From contig NC_068999.1 in NCBI RefSeq assembly GCF_001194135.2, forward strand, positions 12,457,031 through 12,492,081: a stretch of DNA of 35,051 nt, given 5' to 3'. Position 1 is the stretch's first letter. Every line of letters starts with the position of its first letter. The DNA comes from Octopus bimaculoides. Lineage: Eukaryota. Positions 1-12,784 of this stretch are shown one piece after another. The position numbers and the translations under genes were made by a program. The notes under the pieces were generated by a model. The model had not been told where the DNA came from and ran no database searches. It saw only the letters and a list, made by a program, of their open reading frames with translations.

Positions 1-2131
1 TATCCTGTTTCTGTCCAACGTGTGTTGTTTAAATGAATACGCATGACAAGAAATCATGGCGGTTTTGTTTTAACCGCAAATACGATTAAAGATGAGTGTA
101 GTTCAACACGTAGTGCAACGTTTAATCTCTTATGAATTTTAAAACTGTTACGGAGTTAAGAGATTTCACGTTTAATCTTAATACGTAGGATCTTTGGTAA
201 ATGCGTTATACTGAACCTGAGATGAAACAGGTGGGAACCGTTTAGATGCTTGTCGAATAGATGTGTCTACTACTCAAAAGCTTAACGCGTCATTGAACAC
301 ATTAATCACGGGCATTCCGATTAATAAGATTCTAAACTGTTAATGTACAAGTTTCTGTAGAATACTCAGGCAAGTACAAATTAATAAGCCTTTTCTTTGG
401 TCGAGTATTTATAATACTCATGGTCAAAAACTGATGTTGATTCAACCACAGGAAACTAAAACCTTGGATTCGAAGAAAATGGAGGTGGTAGCAAATATAA
501 TTTGGTAACGTTCAAATATTTGAGTTATGTAGTAGAGACCGACGAGGCGAATCTAATGATATTTCCAGTGAAACGTTTTGTCGAAGTGGAAACATATTGG
601 TGATTCTGGTAACACTGGACATTTCGCTTAGAAGATTTGTGTAAATTAAAAATTTTGCCTGAACATTTAATGTCTTCTTTTTTTTTATTCTCTGAGATAT
701 TTTAAAGCAAATGTAAATTGATTTACGAATTTGAATTTGAAATATTTGGAAGAATATTATATTTTGGGGTGGCAAGCTGGTAGAAATACTAGTGAAGAAA
801 TTAGAATTAAAGAAAATAAAAAAAAGGCAATTTTCTCATTGAAGAATATTGACCAAACCTAGTGAGATAGGACGATAAAATGTTCTTGATTGGGTCAAGT
901 TTGTGTAGAAATCTCATATGAAACATGTAATTACTACGGAATATGTAATTCAAAATATCTACAGAAGAATGGAATAAACGAAACGAATGGACATTGCTTG
1001 AGACATGATCTAAAACTGATATATACATCCAGGGAAGAAGGGAAACAGAAAAGAAAAAAAGAAAAGTAAACGAAGATGGAAAGTGAGGCACAAAAAGAAA
1101 ATCAGAATATAAAACAAAAGCGATAGAATATAAAAAAAAAGTTTAAAAAATATGCCGAGAGTTATGAATAATTTTGAAATATTTTATTTGATAATGTTAA
1201 AAGGAATTTGCATTAAAATAGCTGTTGGAAAATCAATGATTCTTGGACACTTTTGAACCTTCCTCGTATGCTGCATCATTTTCGATTATTTAGAAATTAT
1301 TTTCAACTTAAAGTAAATTTATCTAATTTCCTAACATATTAGTCACGCGTATCCATGGAGTTCTAATAATATTATTAAAGTAGGGAAAATATAATATTAA
1401 CACATGCTGAAGAAACATCAGGATATTCAAAATATTTCAGCATCCATTTTGTAGACTGTAGATGCATTGAAGTAATAAAAATCAATACTATCAAGAGAAA
1501 ATTTTCCTTCATCAGATATTAAAAGCGGTAGGTAAAATAAATAATTTAAAATATAGCAAAAACAACAGTTATACGGTAATATCTTAAGTGGATATTTCTG
1601 TGCTGTACAAAATATATCTGAATTAGAAATACAATGTCATATATCAGCTCTGAAAAGTGTGGCTAGGGAAACGTTGCAAAATGCGTACAAAAAAAAAACC
1701 AGAACAAAAAGTGGGGTATTGTACATTAAAAAGGTTGGAAAAAACGAAGAATGAGTAGCGAACAAGATGTGGTTTAATATAACATGAAGTAAGAAATGAA
1801 AGTAGTTTTGAAAATGACATAATATATCGTATACTGTAGTAACTTGGCACATAATTTATACATATATACATACATGCATATATATATAACTATANNNNNN
1901 NNNNNNNNNNNNNNNNNNNNNNNNNNNNNNNNNNNNNNNNNNNNNNNNNNNNNNNNNNNNNNNNNNNNNNNNNNNNNNNNNNNNNNNNNNNNNNNNNNNN
2001 NNNNNNNNNNNNNNNNNNNNNNNNNNNNNNNNNNNNNNNNNNNNNNNNNNNNNNNNNNNNNNNNNNNNNNNNNNNNNNNNNNNNNNNNNNNNNNNNNNNN
2101 NNNNNNNNNNNNNNNNNNNNNNNNNNNNNNN

Positions 2132-2168
<37 letters not shown>

Positions 2169-2399
2169 ATACATACATAAATGAGTACGTATATAGTTGT
2201 ATTTGTATACACAAACAGACACGCACACTCATATTAATATATACTACATAGGAAAAGAGAAGAGAAGGTATGGAGATAGAGAGGGAGAGAGATGGGGAGT
2301 GATATAGAGATAATAAACAAATAAACACGCTTGTGTTTATTTAGATGGAAATATATATATAGAGAGAGAAAGAGAGAGAAAGAGAGAGAAAGAAAAACT

Positions 2400-2790
2400 A
2401 ACAATATCCAGAATATTCGGGTATCAGCACAACGATATTTATATATTTACAGTACAAATTTACATAGAGAACAAACTATACAGAAGACTAGGAATAGAGG
2501 GAAAGGTATTTCAGTAATCTGAACCTGAACGGGCCAGTTTTCTGTTAAAATCCCACGAAATTATTATATGTTTACGAGAGCTTGACAGGCATCTTCGACT
2601 AGCAAGTCATGCTACTCCAGGCTGATGACGAGGAAATACTCAGAAACATGTCTCTGGATGCAGGCTTGGCTGGGTGGAGTTGCTTGTCTCCCCCACGTAG
2701 ACAAAAGGATAAGAAAATGTCGCAAGGCCGACAGGAAGCGGTGCAGCTTCCTAGGGTTAAATAGCAGTAGTATGATTCCCTTCATGGGAC
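2400..2790 (+). mobile_element. Possible 3' remnant of a Penelope-like retroelement
   Basis: Contains the hammerhead motif at 2616-2658. Upstream, 2498-2530 translates as RERYFSNLNLN, weakly like the E..FI....P.LN end of Penelope GIY-YIG ORFs. Boundaries are approximate. Confidence 0.3.
2616..2658 (+). ncRNA. Minimal type I hammerhead ribozyme motif
   Basis: Reads TCCAGG-CTGATGA-C GAG GAAATA CTC A-GAAA-CATGT-C-TCTGGA. Stem I is TCCAGG/TCTGGA (6 bp, one G-U). The CUGAUGA and GAAA cores are intact. Stem II is GAG/CTC with a C-A mismatch at its base. Stem III is the palindrome ACAUGU, followed by a GUC cleavage triplet ending at C2652. Confidence 0.6.
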
Positions 2791-2890
2791 TGCCACGTTA
2801 AGTTGACAGCATACAACCACTTTTCATTTTCAGTGTCATCCGTGAAATTTTGAATGTTCCAGCTAGTTATTATCGTTGAGTGACAGAGCA

Positions 2891-3190
2891 GCGCTTGCCA
2901 TGAAAGTGACACTTGGGTACAAATATGCGGAGCCCGAAGTCGATACATTACTTCAAAATATCCAATGGGCTTTCACATATCTGCACAACTAAGTAAACCT
3001 AAGACAACCTTTCCGTGTATTCATGCTAGATTTGCTTGGCAACTTTTAGTCAATATCCCTATCATAACTACGCGTCTGTTAAGGATATACCAGACTCATG
3101 CACCACAACCATATGTGAGCAACATGCAGATTTCATATCAAGATAAGCAGCAAATGCCCTTGAGACTGGGCCCAGTTAGAATTTTCTTCA
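2891..3190. repeat. Fragment of an unassigned interspersed repeat
   Basis: GCGCTTGCCATGAAAGTGACACT...CACAACCATATGTG...TCATATCAAGATAAGCAG...GGGCCCAGTTAGAATTTTCTTC resembles an abundant octopus repeat I recall. There is no second copy in the window to confirm it. Confidence 0.3.
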
Positions 3191-3263
3191 TCCCATTCTC
3201 GATCACTTCTTTTAGGGTTCATCCGTCAATCCCAGTTATTTTTCATTGAACTTCTGGTGTGGC

Positions 3264-3287
3264 TTATTATTATTATTATTATTATTA
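3264..3287. repeat. (TTA)8 microsatellite, the 3' tail or target of the LINE
   Basis: Perfect TTA run directly after the LINE 3' UTR. Confidence 0.9.
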
Positions 3288-4200
3288 TACCATCACCATC
3301 ATGTTTCTTATAACCACTCGTGAAGACACACCCATTGTCCTAGGGTGAGTGAAGGATAAGAGAGGTTACAGTATGTCTGAAAGCTTCGGTGGGACTTAAG
3401 TGACAGGAGGCATGGCTAAATACCTTCAAGTAATACAACACAATCATTTAAATTGATAGCGTTTTTCTAAGTATGTGGGTAGTTATTATCTGCACAATCT
3501 TCTGGATTTCTTTGAGACATTGTTCTCCTGGGATATTATCTAGATATTTCTGAAGTCCTTTTCTTATCATACTTGGGTTTATCACTATAACGGGAAAAGT
3601 TCTCGCTTCAAGATGCCACATCTTTTGTATTTCGATTTTGAGGGCCTTATCTTTATTTAATTTGCCAAATAGCTTTACATGGATTTTTATCATTGGGAAC
3701 ACTTACATTTCTTTAATCTACAAGTATTTATTTTCTCCTCAGTCTTTAATGACTATGTCTGGTCCATTAACCTGGATCGTTGTGACAGAGTTGACTGGAA
3801 ACTAATAAAGGATAATGAGATTTTTACCTTCGACGACTGGCTCAAGATCATGTACATACCAGAATGCAGGAGTGCTGATTTTGTAGTGTTTACATATTTC
3901 TCAATAGAAATATTGTCCTACCCTATCGTGGCGATTTTCCTATTCGTTTGAAGTTAGCATTGGACCTCCCGAGACGATATGATCTATTGTTTCATCAAAT
4001 GTATCTCAGAACCGTTTTCAAGAACATTGGCTTGGTATTTTTTGGTAAGCAAACTTTGATCTCCTGTCGCTGATATGAAACTTTCAGTCTCTGCTTTCAG
4101 TACTCAACTTCTCAACCACTGATGGGTTGTTGCAGGGTGATGAACCTTTTGTTTCCACTAATATGCATAACGATCTGCATTTGTCATAGTGAGTGCTTTT
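3264..4200 (-). mobile_element. R4/Dong-like non-LTR retrotransposon (restriction-like endonuclease clade), 5'-truncated and decayed
   Basis: Minus-strand translation across stops and frameshifts gives THQWLRS*VLKAETESFI, DQSLLTKKYQANVLENGS, FDETIDHIVSG (CCHC knuckle remnant), RHDRVGQY, WYVHDLEPVVEGKN, GPDIVIKD (PD..D endonuclease), VSVPNDKN, and KIEIQKMWHLEARTFPVIV...EIQKIVQIITTHILRKTLSI* (stop at 3448-3450). About 160 bp of 3' UTR and (TAA)8 follow. Confidence 0.9.
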
Positions 4201-4272
4201 CTGCGGATGTGTATAGGAATGAATGCATGTTGTGTAGGTTTCCAAACCATACATGCAAAAAGGACTAAACTG

Positions 4273-4379
4273 GCACGCGCGCACACACACACACGCACGC
4301 ACGCACGCACGCACGCACGCACACACACGCACACACACACACACACACGCACACACACTCCCACACACACATACACACA
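4273..4379. repeat. Compound (CA)n/(GCAC)n microsatellite
   Basis: Seen directly. Confidence 0.95.
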
Positions 4380-6215
4380 TTTGTCACTGCCGCTTACAGA
4401 TTTTTCCTTTCCTTGTCTTTCGAGTGATATTAGAGAGATACTTTTCTTTACACAGTTATTTCCTCTTTCGCAAATTCTCCCTTNNNNNNNNNNNNNNNNN
4501 NNNNNNNNNNNNNNNNNNNNNNNNNNNNNNNNNNNNNNNNNNNNNNNNNNNNNNNNNNNNNNNNNNNNNNNNNNNNNNNNNNNNNNNNNNNNNNNNNNNN
4601 NNNNNNNNNNNNNNNNNNNNNNNNNNNNNNNNNNNNNNNNNNNNNNNNNNNNNNNNNNNNNNNNNNNNNNNNNNNNNNNNNNNNNNNNNNNNNNNNNNNN
4701 NNNNNNNNNNNNNNNNNNNNNNNNNNNNNNNNNNNNNNNNNNNNNNNNNNNNNNNNNNNNNNNNNNNNNNNNNNNNNNNNNNNNNNNNNNNNNNNNNNNN
4801 NNNNNNNNNNNNNNNNNNNNNNNNNNNNNNNNNNNNNNNNNNNNNNNNNNNNNNNNNNNNNNNNNNNNNNNNNNNNNNNNNNNNNNNNNNNNNNNNNNNN
4901 NNNNNNNNNNNNNNNNNNNNNNNNNNNNNNNNNNNNNNNNNNNNNNNNNNNNNNNNNNNNNNNNNNNNNNNNNNNNNNNNNNNNNNNNNNNNNNNNNNNN
5001 NNNNNNNNNNNNNNNNNNNNNNNNNNNNNNNNNNNNNNNNNNNNNNNNNNNNNNNNNNNNNNNNNNNNNNNNNNNNNNNNNNNNNNNNNNNNNNNNNNNN
5101 NNNNNNNNNNNNNNNNNNNNNNNNNNNNNNNNNNNNNNNNNNNNNNNNNNNNNNNNNNNNNNNNNNNNNNNNNNNNNNNNNNNNNNNNNNNNNNNNNNNN
5201 NNNNNNNNNNNNNNNNNNNNNNNNNNNNNNNNNNNNNNNNNNNNNNNNNNNNNNNNNNNNNNNNNNNNNNNNNNNNNNNNNNNNNNNNNNNNNNNNNNNN
5301 NNNNNNNNNNNNNNNNNNNNNNNNNNNNNNNNNNNNNNNNNNNATATATATAAAAACAATCTAAGCTGTTTAACTTTTATTAAACATCAGATTGTCGAGG
5401 AATTTTGTTTCCTCTTCGCGTTTTTATTCTGCCTGTTTGTCTCCGCTCCCAGAGGAAAAGATTACAAAAGATCATTGTGTATAGAAGGACAGCTTCATCT
5501 TCCTATTCAGTGGTTAAGAGGATTTCGACGCCAACATTCAATTATTCAAATGATGTATGTGTTAGATTGTGTATGCAAAGTTCACAGTCTACAAGAGAAA
5601 AATAGACCGGACAATTTTCACTTTTAGCAAATGTTGTGAGTCTAATAGTCTAATTCACCGGATATTGTTTGCGTGATCAGGGATTACATCGTCTTAATTC
5701 TACGCTTTCTCGTCTTGTCAGCATTATTTAGTACTCAAAATGTGCGTATGTATGTAAACACTTGTGCGTGTGTGTATGCATTATGAGTATGTATGTACAC
5801 ATACACACACAGAGCCTGAGCATGTATGTATTTGAGTCGATATGTGCGTACGCACATGTGAGTGTGTGCATGTGTATATATACGTGTTGAATGCAAATTT
5901 GTAGTCATGAAAATTAATATCTTCGATAATAATGCGTTAAACTGTATGTGCATGTAGATGTATGTGTATATGTGTTGGCATGTGGGGCCTTGTTTGTTTG
6001 CCTGTAAATGTTTGGGTTTGTGAGTAATATGTGTGTGTACATGTGTGTTTGTATATGTATTTCCGAGTTTGATAGTGGATATGTATTTATATAGATATAG
6101 CAACTTTATCTATAAATATCCATCTATAAGTTCAGATATGCACAAGCACACATACACACAAGCATGTGCGTGCGTGTGTGTGTGTGTACGTCTATACATG
6201 TAAATGTATAGTTCC

Positions 6216-6216
<1 letters not shown>

Positions 6217-6262
<46 letters not shown>

Positions 6263-6289
6263 TATAGATATATAGATAGATAGATAGAT
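6217..6289. repeat. (GATA)n microsatellite
   Basis: Seen directly, with a few GATATA interruptions. Confidence 0.95.
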
Positions 6290-7008
6290 GGATATAAAAT
6301 TATGACGAAAGTGATGCGTAAAAGTAGGTGTGACTTGTTTTATGTATAGATATAAAATGCTCAAAATGGTCATGATATATGAGCATCCCTTACCTATATA
6401 AACCTACCACTCAGCATGGATCTCAGTAATGTCAATTTTCTTATGCATCTTGTTTCTCATCGCTTTTGTCGTCATTTTTTTTTGTTTTTTTTTGTCCCCT
6501 GAGGACACTCCAGTNNNNNNNNNNNNNNNNNNNNNNNNNNNNNNNNNNNNNNNNNNNNNNNNNNNNNNNNNNNNNNNNNNNNNNNNNNNNNNNNNNNNNN
6601 NNNNNNNNNNNNNNNNNNNNNNNNNNNNNNNNNNNNNNNNNNNNNNNNNNNNNNNNNNNNNNNNNNNNNNNNNNNNNNNNNNNNNNNNNNNNNNNNNNNN
6701 NNNNNNNNNNNNNNNNNNNNNNNNNNNNNNNNNNNNNNNNNNNNNNNNNNNNNNNNNNNNNNNNNNNNNNNNNNNNNNNNNNNNNNNNNNNNNNNNNNNN
6801 NNNNNNNNNNNNNNNNNNNNNNNNNNNNNNNNNNNNNNNNNNNNNNNNNNNNNNNNNNNNNNNNNNNNNNNNNNNNNNNNNNNNNNNNNNNNNNNNNNNN
6901 NNNNNNNNNNNNNNNNNNNNNNNNNNNNNNNNNNNNNNNNNNNNNNNNNNNNNNNNNNNNNNNNNNNNNNNNNNNNNNNNNNNNNNNNNNNNNNNNNNNN
7001 NNNNTATA

Positions 7009-7049
<41 letters not shown>

Positions 7050-7322
7050 TTGACAGGAAAGACAACAAAAGAAAGAATAAAACCTCGATATTATGCAAAT
7101 AGAGAATTTATCTGTAAAAGTATGTGACATTTATTATTCAGTAGCCATGATAAAACTCCGAGTTTTGGATGCTAGGGTGGGATCCCACACCAACATCTCT
7201 TCAGCAATCTGGCCAATTGAAAATTCCTGTGAAAAATGACCGTTAAAACAAAGGGAAATTACTGTGTAGTGGCAAGGTCAGAACGCGTCTAAAACTGCGT
7301 ATATTATCGCATGCACGCATAT

Positions 7323-7511
7323 ATCGCTTGACAACCGATGTTGGTGTGTTTACGTCACCGTAACTAAGGGGTTCTGCAAAAGAAGCCGATCGAATAAGTA
7401 CTAGGCTTACAAAGAATAAGTCCTGGGGTTAATTTGCTCGACTAAAGGCAGTACTCCAGCATGGCCGCAGTCAAATGGCCGAAACAACTAAAAGAGTAAA
7501 AGATAGAGTAA
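7323..7511 (+). mobile_element. SINE family B, 3' half
   Basis: ATCGCTTGACAACCGATG...GTACTAGGCTTACAAAGAATAAGTCCTGGGG...CCAGCATGGCCGCAGTCAAATG...AAAAGAGTAAAAG is the reverse complement of the copies at 19195-19380 and 34838-35051. Confidence 0.85.
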
Positions 7512-8846
7512 GGAGTATACTATGAAGATAATTTATCATTCCGTGAGAGAAAAAAATTATCACAAAAGCTACAAATTGAATACGTGCCCTTCATACAGAC
7601 ACAGAGAAACCTCCATCAGATTTAACAGCCAAGGTTACATTTAGTTGAATATATCGTATAAATTATATAAAATTTGTAATTAATGCAGGACGTATATTTT
7701 CTAACCCACAATAGAATATGGAAAATAACAATGACATATTGATCGTATCTAAAAATTTAAATTCAGTAACGAAAAAATAGAAACCTATATTTATCGATGA
7801 TGAATCTCTTTTAGTTTTTTTTATCGGCAATTTCATCTCATGCATATATACTGAATTTATATTCATATACGATTGTACAGAGGGCGTGATGATATATATT
7901 GAATAATATCCAGTATAGATTATCAAATAATATTCCAAAATTGTTTTGGAAATATCATATAAATTATCGCAACCTATATAACACACAGAGTGTTATTTAT
8001 CAATATATGATTATATATTTGTGTCAAAGCAAAAATACATTTGAAGCAAAGCACTACAATATCTTTGGTTTATTCAATGATAAAGCAATGTTGCATATAT
8101 TCAATATTTCAAACCAGAAGCTATGAAGGTAAACTTTTGTCTATACAAGAAAATGATAAATACCATGTTTCTGATTTGAATAATCTCTGGATTATGTCAC
8201 GCAACGATAATTTTGATGACGCATTCCGAAACACTCTGACTTTCTTAAATTCAAACTCTTCTGATGATTGTACGTCCCAATGCTTTATGTGCTCCCTCTG
8301 TTTCAAAGAGAACATGCGGATATTTAACTGTGGGCGCTAGTTTAATTATATGTGAACGACTGTTTGTCTGTTTCTGTTGACAACGTTAGGTGAGCTTACT
8401 CTCCGTATAATATAATCCGTTCCAGTAGTGACAAGTCTCAAGTTAACAGCTGTAATGATAACTCCCATACTTAAGATATTTATAATATAAATTCTTCTTC
8501 ATTTGTCCTCGGAAACACGTCTTTGTTGTTCAGCCATCAATCTCCGATCGTGTAGAGGGGTGTAAATGCTGCTTCTTAAGACAATGGCTGTTGAATCCCT
8601 GTTGATACTAACCTGTCGCTGTATGCATTCCACTTTATGTAGATAATATCTCACCCAGAGACAAGTGAGTACAAACACAGAGTGCTTGGTACAAGGTATT
8701 TAGTAACGTGCCCCAGATTTGTCTTCCTAAATATGATATAAGTGTATATTGATATGGGCGTTATATGTACTGACAGCCGATGGACCAGAAAGAACAGCAC
8801 AAAATTCTTCTATTCTATTCTCAAGCATACACACATATACTTACAC

Positions 8847-8847
<1 letters not shown>

Positions 8848-8892
<45 letters not shown>

Positions 8893-9040
8893 ATATATAT
8901 ATGAGTGTGTGTGTATGCATATATACTTATGTATTCACATATGAATGTATGCATGTACACACACTCATTCACTCCCCGTATATATGTACGTGTATGTATG
9001 TGTGTGTGTGTCTGCGCGCACACACGCATACACACACATA
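8848..9040. repeat. (TA)n run followed by mixed TG/CA microsatellites
   Basis: Seen directly. Confidence 0.9.
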
Positions 9041-9987
9041 TGCATATTTACGTCAATATCTATGATTATAAGTATTTTAATTTTCTTTGCGCTAGCACAA
9101 TTTCTTTTCCAAGGAATCCCATATGAAGTACCACATAGTCTTCTTCTTGGATTCAATTCAAGGTTGTGCGTAGCTGAATATATATTTCCTGTAGAGCACC
9201 CGTCTCCTTCTCAATGAAATTGAATGGTTGCGATAAGAATATTTCTGGATTGTTATGACAATATATTTCATACCTGAAGTAGTTCTATTGTTCCAGAATC
9301 GCCATCTACTTCCTTCTTATGATATTACCATGGTTACGTAGATGAGGAAAGAAAACAAAAAATGAACCTAATTTTCTCCTGTTCTTTACATTTATTGCAA
9401 ACCTAAAAATAAATGAATAAAATAACAGATAAATAAATTCAATTCAAATCTTTGATATAATACTACGTATTATTTTTGCGAGGAATCAATACAAATCAAA
9501 CCTAGTTCCAAATTTCTAAAGAGATGAGATCTTTTATTATTATTTTTTTACTTATCTGGTAAGTTCGGATGTATAGCATGTGGAATTATGGGCTGTTATT
9601 TCGAAGTCCAATAGATCGTGTCATGCCATTTGCTATATTTTAGAGATATTTTGTTAAAGAATGTCTATGCAAAGGTAATTGAAATAATGTTTGTTGGCAG
9701 AAAATAGAAATAAACCGCCGTTAATAATATTGACGGAAGGTGCAAGTATTTAACCACCGGTCATTTTGCAACCAGCAGAGAATGCATTGCAAACTAAGAT
9801 CCATTTAAAAATATATTGTACCGTCTCTCTGTATCAGAATATACTTGTGTAGTATAAGCTCTTGCAATAATAGCAGATGAGTTTAGCTGACCAACGGTTT
9901 CATTTTTTATATCTAGTCCGAATCACTTGGGAGAGGTGGAGTGATATTACTAATTTGGTATTCCTTGTAGATAAGTCTATCTTACGT

Positions 9988-10066
9988 GTTCAGAACGTAA
10001 GGATAGAAGATGGAATGTCTGAAGTGTTTTCTCCGGCGTGTTAACGATTCCACCAGTTTGCGGCCT
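9988..10066 (-). mobile_element. SINE family A head, degenerate
   Basis: CAGAACGTAA...CCGGCGTGTTAACGATTCCACCAGTTTGCGGCCT aligns with the head at 13139-13212. Confidence 0.6.
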
Positions 10067-11806
10067 GAAAGGCATGTACTATATTAACGGCATTATATCA
10101 ATCAGACGATTTTGTCAGCATGTTTCATATTCGAAAAAGAAAAAAGAACATGAAATGAAAAACACAAACAAACTAAAGATTATTATGTAAATAGAAAACT
10201 GATTTTGTGAAATTATGTACAATGATTTAAAGTTCTTTTAAAACCACGCGAAACCTAATATATCTTTTGTGATAATAAGTACATAAATTGATTAGAAAAA
10301 CACTCTAAATATCATTGTTCTCACTAGTTTTTCGGGACATGTGCAAATCAAATTAATAATTTATTACTTATTTTGTAATTCATGCACTTGTGCAGGCACT
10401 TTTCTGCAAATATTCCATCAGTAATAGTAAAACCGTAGAAACCCGACAATGATTGAGTAATTAATGTGCATAAATATTCCACTGGAAGTGCAGTTAGTTT
10501 GCCAAGTAATTCTGGTAAGCAGCATATTTTAGAGCAACAACAAATTCTGTATCTATTTTCTCCGTCCAAGCTTTCATTCTGTTTTATTAGGCATTTTCCC
10601 ATATTTCTGTTGCACCCCGATGCTGCACAAATCGGTGCGTGACTCCATCATTATTTGAGGTTATTCACCTTTTTTTCCGAACGACCAGCTTGTAGCCAAA
10701 ATGAAGTTATAAGAGGAGAAAACTAAGCACAGAATGAATTTTCGCACGTTTGCATGTATACATATTTTATCATGGAAGAGTATTCGACTTACAAACGATA
10801 AAGCTATCGTGTTATATTTTCTTCAACTGCTTTCCATGGAGGATATAAAGACCGCTAATAACATACTGATGTCGACTATAATCCTATCACACAAATGTTT
10901 GGGCCTTGTGCTATGGCAAATAATCAATATTGCTGTTGACAGCCCTTTCATTTGATTTTTAAATTCTCTAAGTCGTTTGCAATACAATGTATTAATATGG
11001 AAGAAGAAAACGGATTTACGTTGTCCGCATAGAAAAAAAGAGAGAGAGAAAAGGAACCGCTCGTAAGTTAAACGTTCTTCGCATTTCATTTCAGCTTTAA
11101 TTACACCTGTTTCAATAAATGATTTGAAGATGTCCTGATTTGAGTAGGTTCTGGTTTTAAAAAAATACAACAGATTTACAGCAACCATATCATAATGTAT
11201 AGCCATTTGCAGTCTGAATACCAAGCTGCAATGTTTGGAAAGTATTATACATAAATTTCCCCTTCACCCATTAATCAAGGTGGCATACCTCGAATAACTG
11301 GTTAAAAGTTGATCCGTTTTAAAGTCTAAGAAGACAGCAATGCAGAAAGTGTGGAAACTGATTCTGGAAAGAGGAAACGGTTTTATAGCATTGATTTAAT
11401 GTCAGATGGCGATTAACTTGCTGACAGATTTACTATCCATAGCTTATTCAGGCTGTATTTACAAATGAGATTGGCATAACCAATAAAATGCACCTATTTC
11501 AGCTTAAAATATTCTGCTAAAACGTTTTACACATACGTTAAATATTCCATAACATATACTTTAAGTATATAAGTTCTCTTCCTCATGAAACTACCCAGTG
11601 CTCTGTTCTTGTTACCGTTTAGAACCATACGAATGTGTAACATTCATGCCTTTCTCGCATGACATAGCTTAGTAGTGTTTATTCCAATGGTTTAAAGTGG
11701 GGCTGGAAAATAGCATATTTTCTTGACTCCACAGTTTCTAACGTAAATTGTATGACGACTTCTAGAATATTTGCAGTAAGAAAATAGGTATAACCACAAA
11801 CAATAT

Positions 11807-12003
11807 CCTTTTCTACTTTAGGCACTAGGCCAGAATATTTTTTTGCAGGGTGGGGGCAGTCGATTTGATCAATCTCAGTACGTAACTGGTATTTAATTGA
11901 TCGACACAGAAAGGATTAAAAGCAAAGTCGACCTCGGCGGAATTTGAACTCAGAACATAAAGACAGATGAAATACCGCTAATCATTTCGCTCGGCGAACT
12001 AAC
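11807..12003 (-). mobile_element. SINE family A, head-truncated right monomer (tail type ii)
   Basis: Has the B-box GAGTTCAAATTCC and the core GTCGACTTTGC...CCTTTC...ACCAGTTACG. The tail is GGCCTAGTGCCTAAAGTAGAAAAG. It begins at GTTAG, without the GGCGAGCTGGCAGA head. Confidence 0.85.
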
Positions 12004-12237
12004 CTTATTTTTTTATTGCCGACAAGGGGCTAAACATAGAGGGGACAAACAAGGACAGGCAAAGGGATTAAGTTGATTGTATCGATCCCAGTGCGTAACT
12101 GGTACTTAATATATCGACTCCGAAAGGATAAAAAGCAAAGTCGACGTCGGTGTAATTTTAAATCAGAACATAAACACAGACGAAATACCGGTAAGCATTT
12201 CGCTCGGTGAACTAACGTTTCTGCCAGCTCGTTGCCT
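12004..12237 (-). mobile_element. SINE family A, full left monomer (tail type i)
   Basis: tRNA-like head GAGCTGGCAGAAACGTTAG, the shared core, and tail TGTCCTTGTTTGTCCCCTCTATGTTTAGCCCCTTG...AATAAAAAAAATAAG. Confidence 0.9.
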
Positions 12238-12784
12238 TGGCATAACCACAAAACATGTAAGGATCTATATTCTAAAACCAACCATCATTTGTCATTCTCT
12301 GATGGAGGTCTGTTTGTGTCTGCAGCATCATCTGAGATGTGTGAGATTTAATTCCTGGTATATTTACCTTGGGATATGTTCTTTGTACCACAGTGTTAGT
12401 TCTTGATCTCTTCGTATTTGTGGTCACAGTTATATTAACATTAACTTTCGCCCAGCGAAATTTTCTGTATTGGTGACATTTTAAATTTAGAATAACCTTG
12501 AAAGGTCTAACTGATTGCATCTCGTGATTAAGTATTGCATGATGCAATGATGTTTCTATGTTGAATGAAACGCACTTCTTATCTCACTACTAACAGCTTT
12601 TGATGTCTCTGTTCATGGACTATAAACAACTGTGATATGATGTTCCTCCTTTGCACCTGAATGACAAACTCTCGTTGAATAGGGAGTTATATAGGGAGTT
12701 GTATTTGCATATTAGTACCTTGATAGTAGTAGCAATCGGCACATAAGTGTTGTAGAAGGAAAAACCTAGAAGACGAAACGTACA

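Noticed and set aside
1245-1522. Minus-strand ISDEGKFSLDSIDFYYF (like Tc1 FSDEKKFNLDG) and a TIR-like TACGAGGAAGGTTCAAAAG at 1250-1268
   Set aside because: The matches are short, no other transposase motifs are present, and the TIR orientation would exclude the peptide from the element.
5391-5420. GAGGAA/TTCCTC hairpin with hammerhead-like flanks on the minus strand
   Set aside because: The core segments are not intact and stems I and III cannot be formed.
6499-6514. CTGAGGA next to a gap
   Set aside because: The rest of any motif is hidden in Ns, so it cannot be tested.
8041-8340. Overlapping ORFs on both strands with possible splice sites
   Set aside because: No recognisable protein family and no consistent exon chain.
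9070-9200. Minus-strand LELNP...IWDSLEKKL, like the Tc1 SPDLNP..W motif
   Set aside because: It needs two frameshifts to assemble and has no supporting context.
10348-11224. Minus-strand ORFs faintly like a Merlin/ISXO2 transposase (IKQNESLDGENRY, FTITDG)
   Set aside because: Catalytic motifs are not conserved and there are no TIRs or TSDs. A profile HMM search would settle it.
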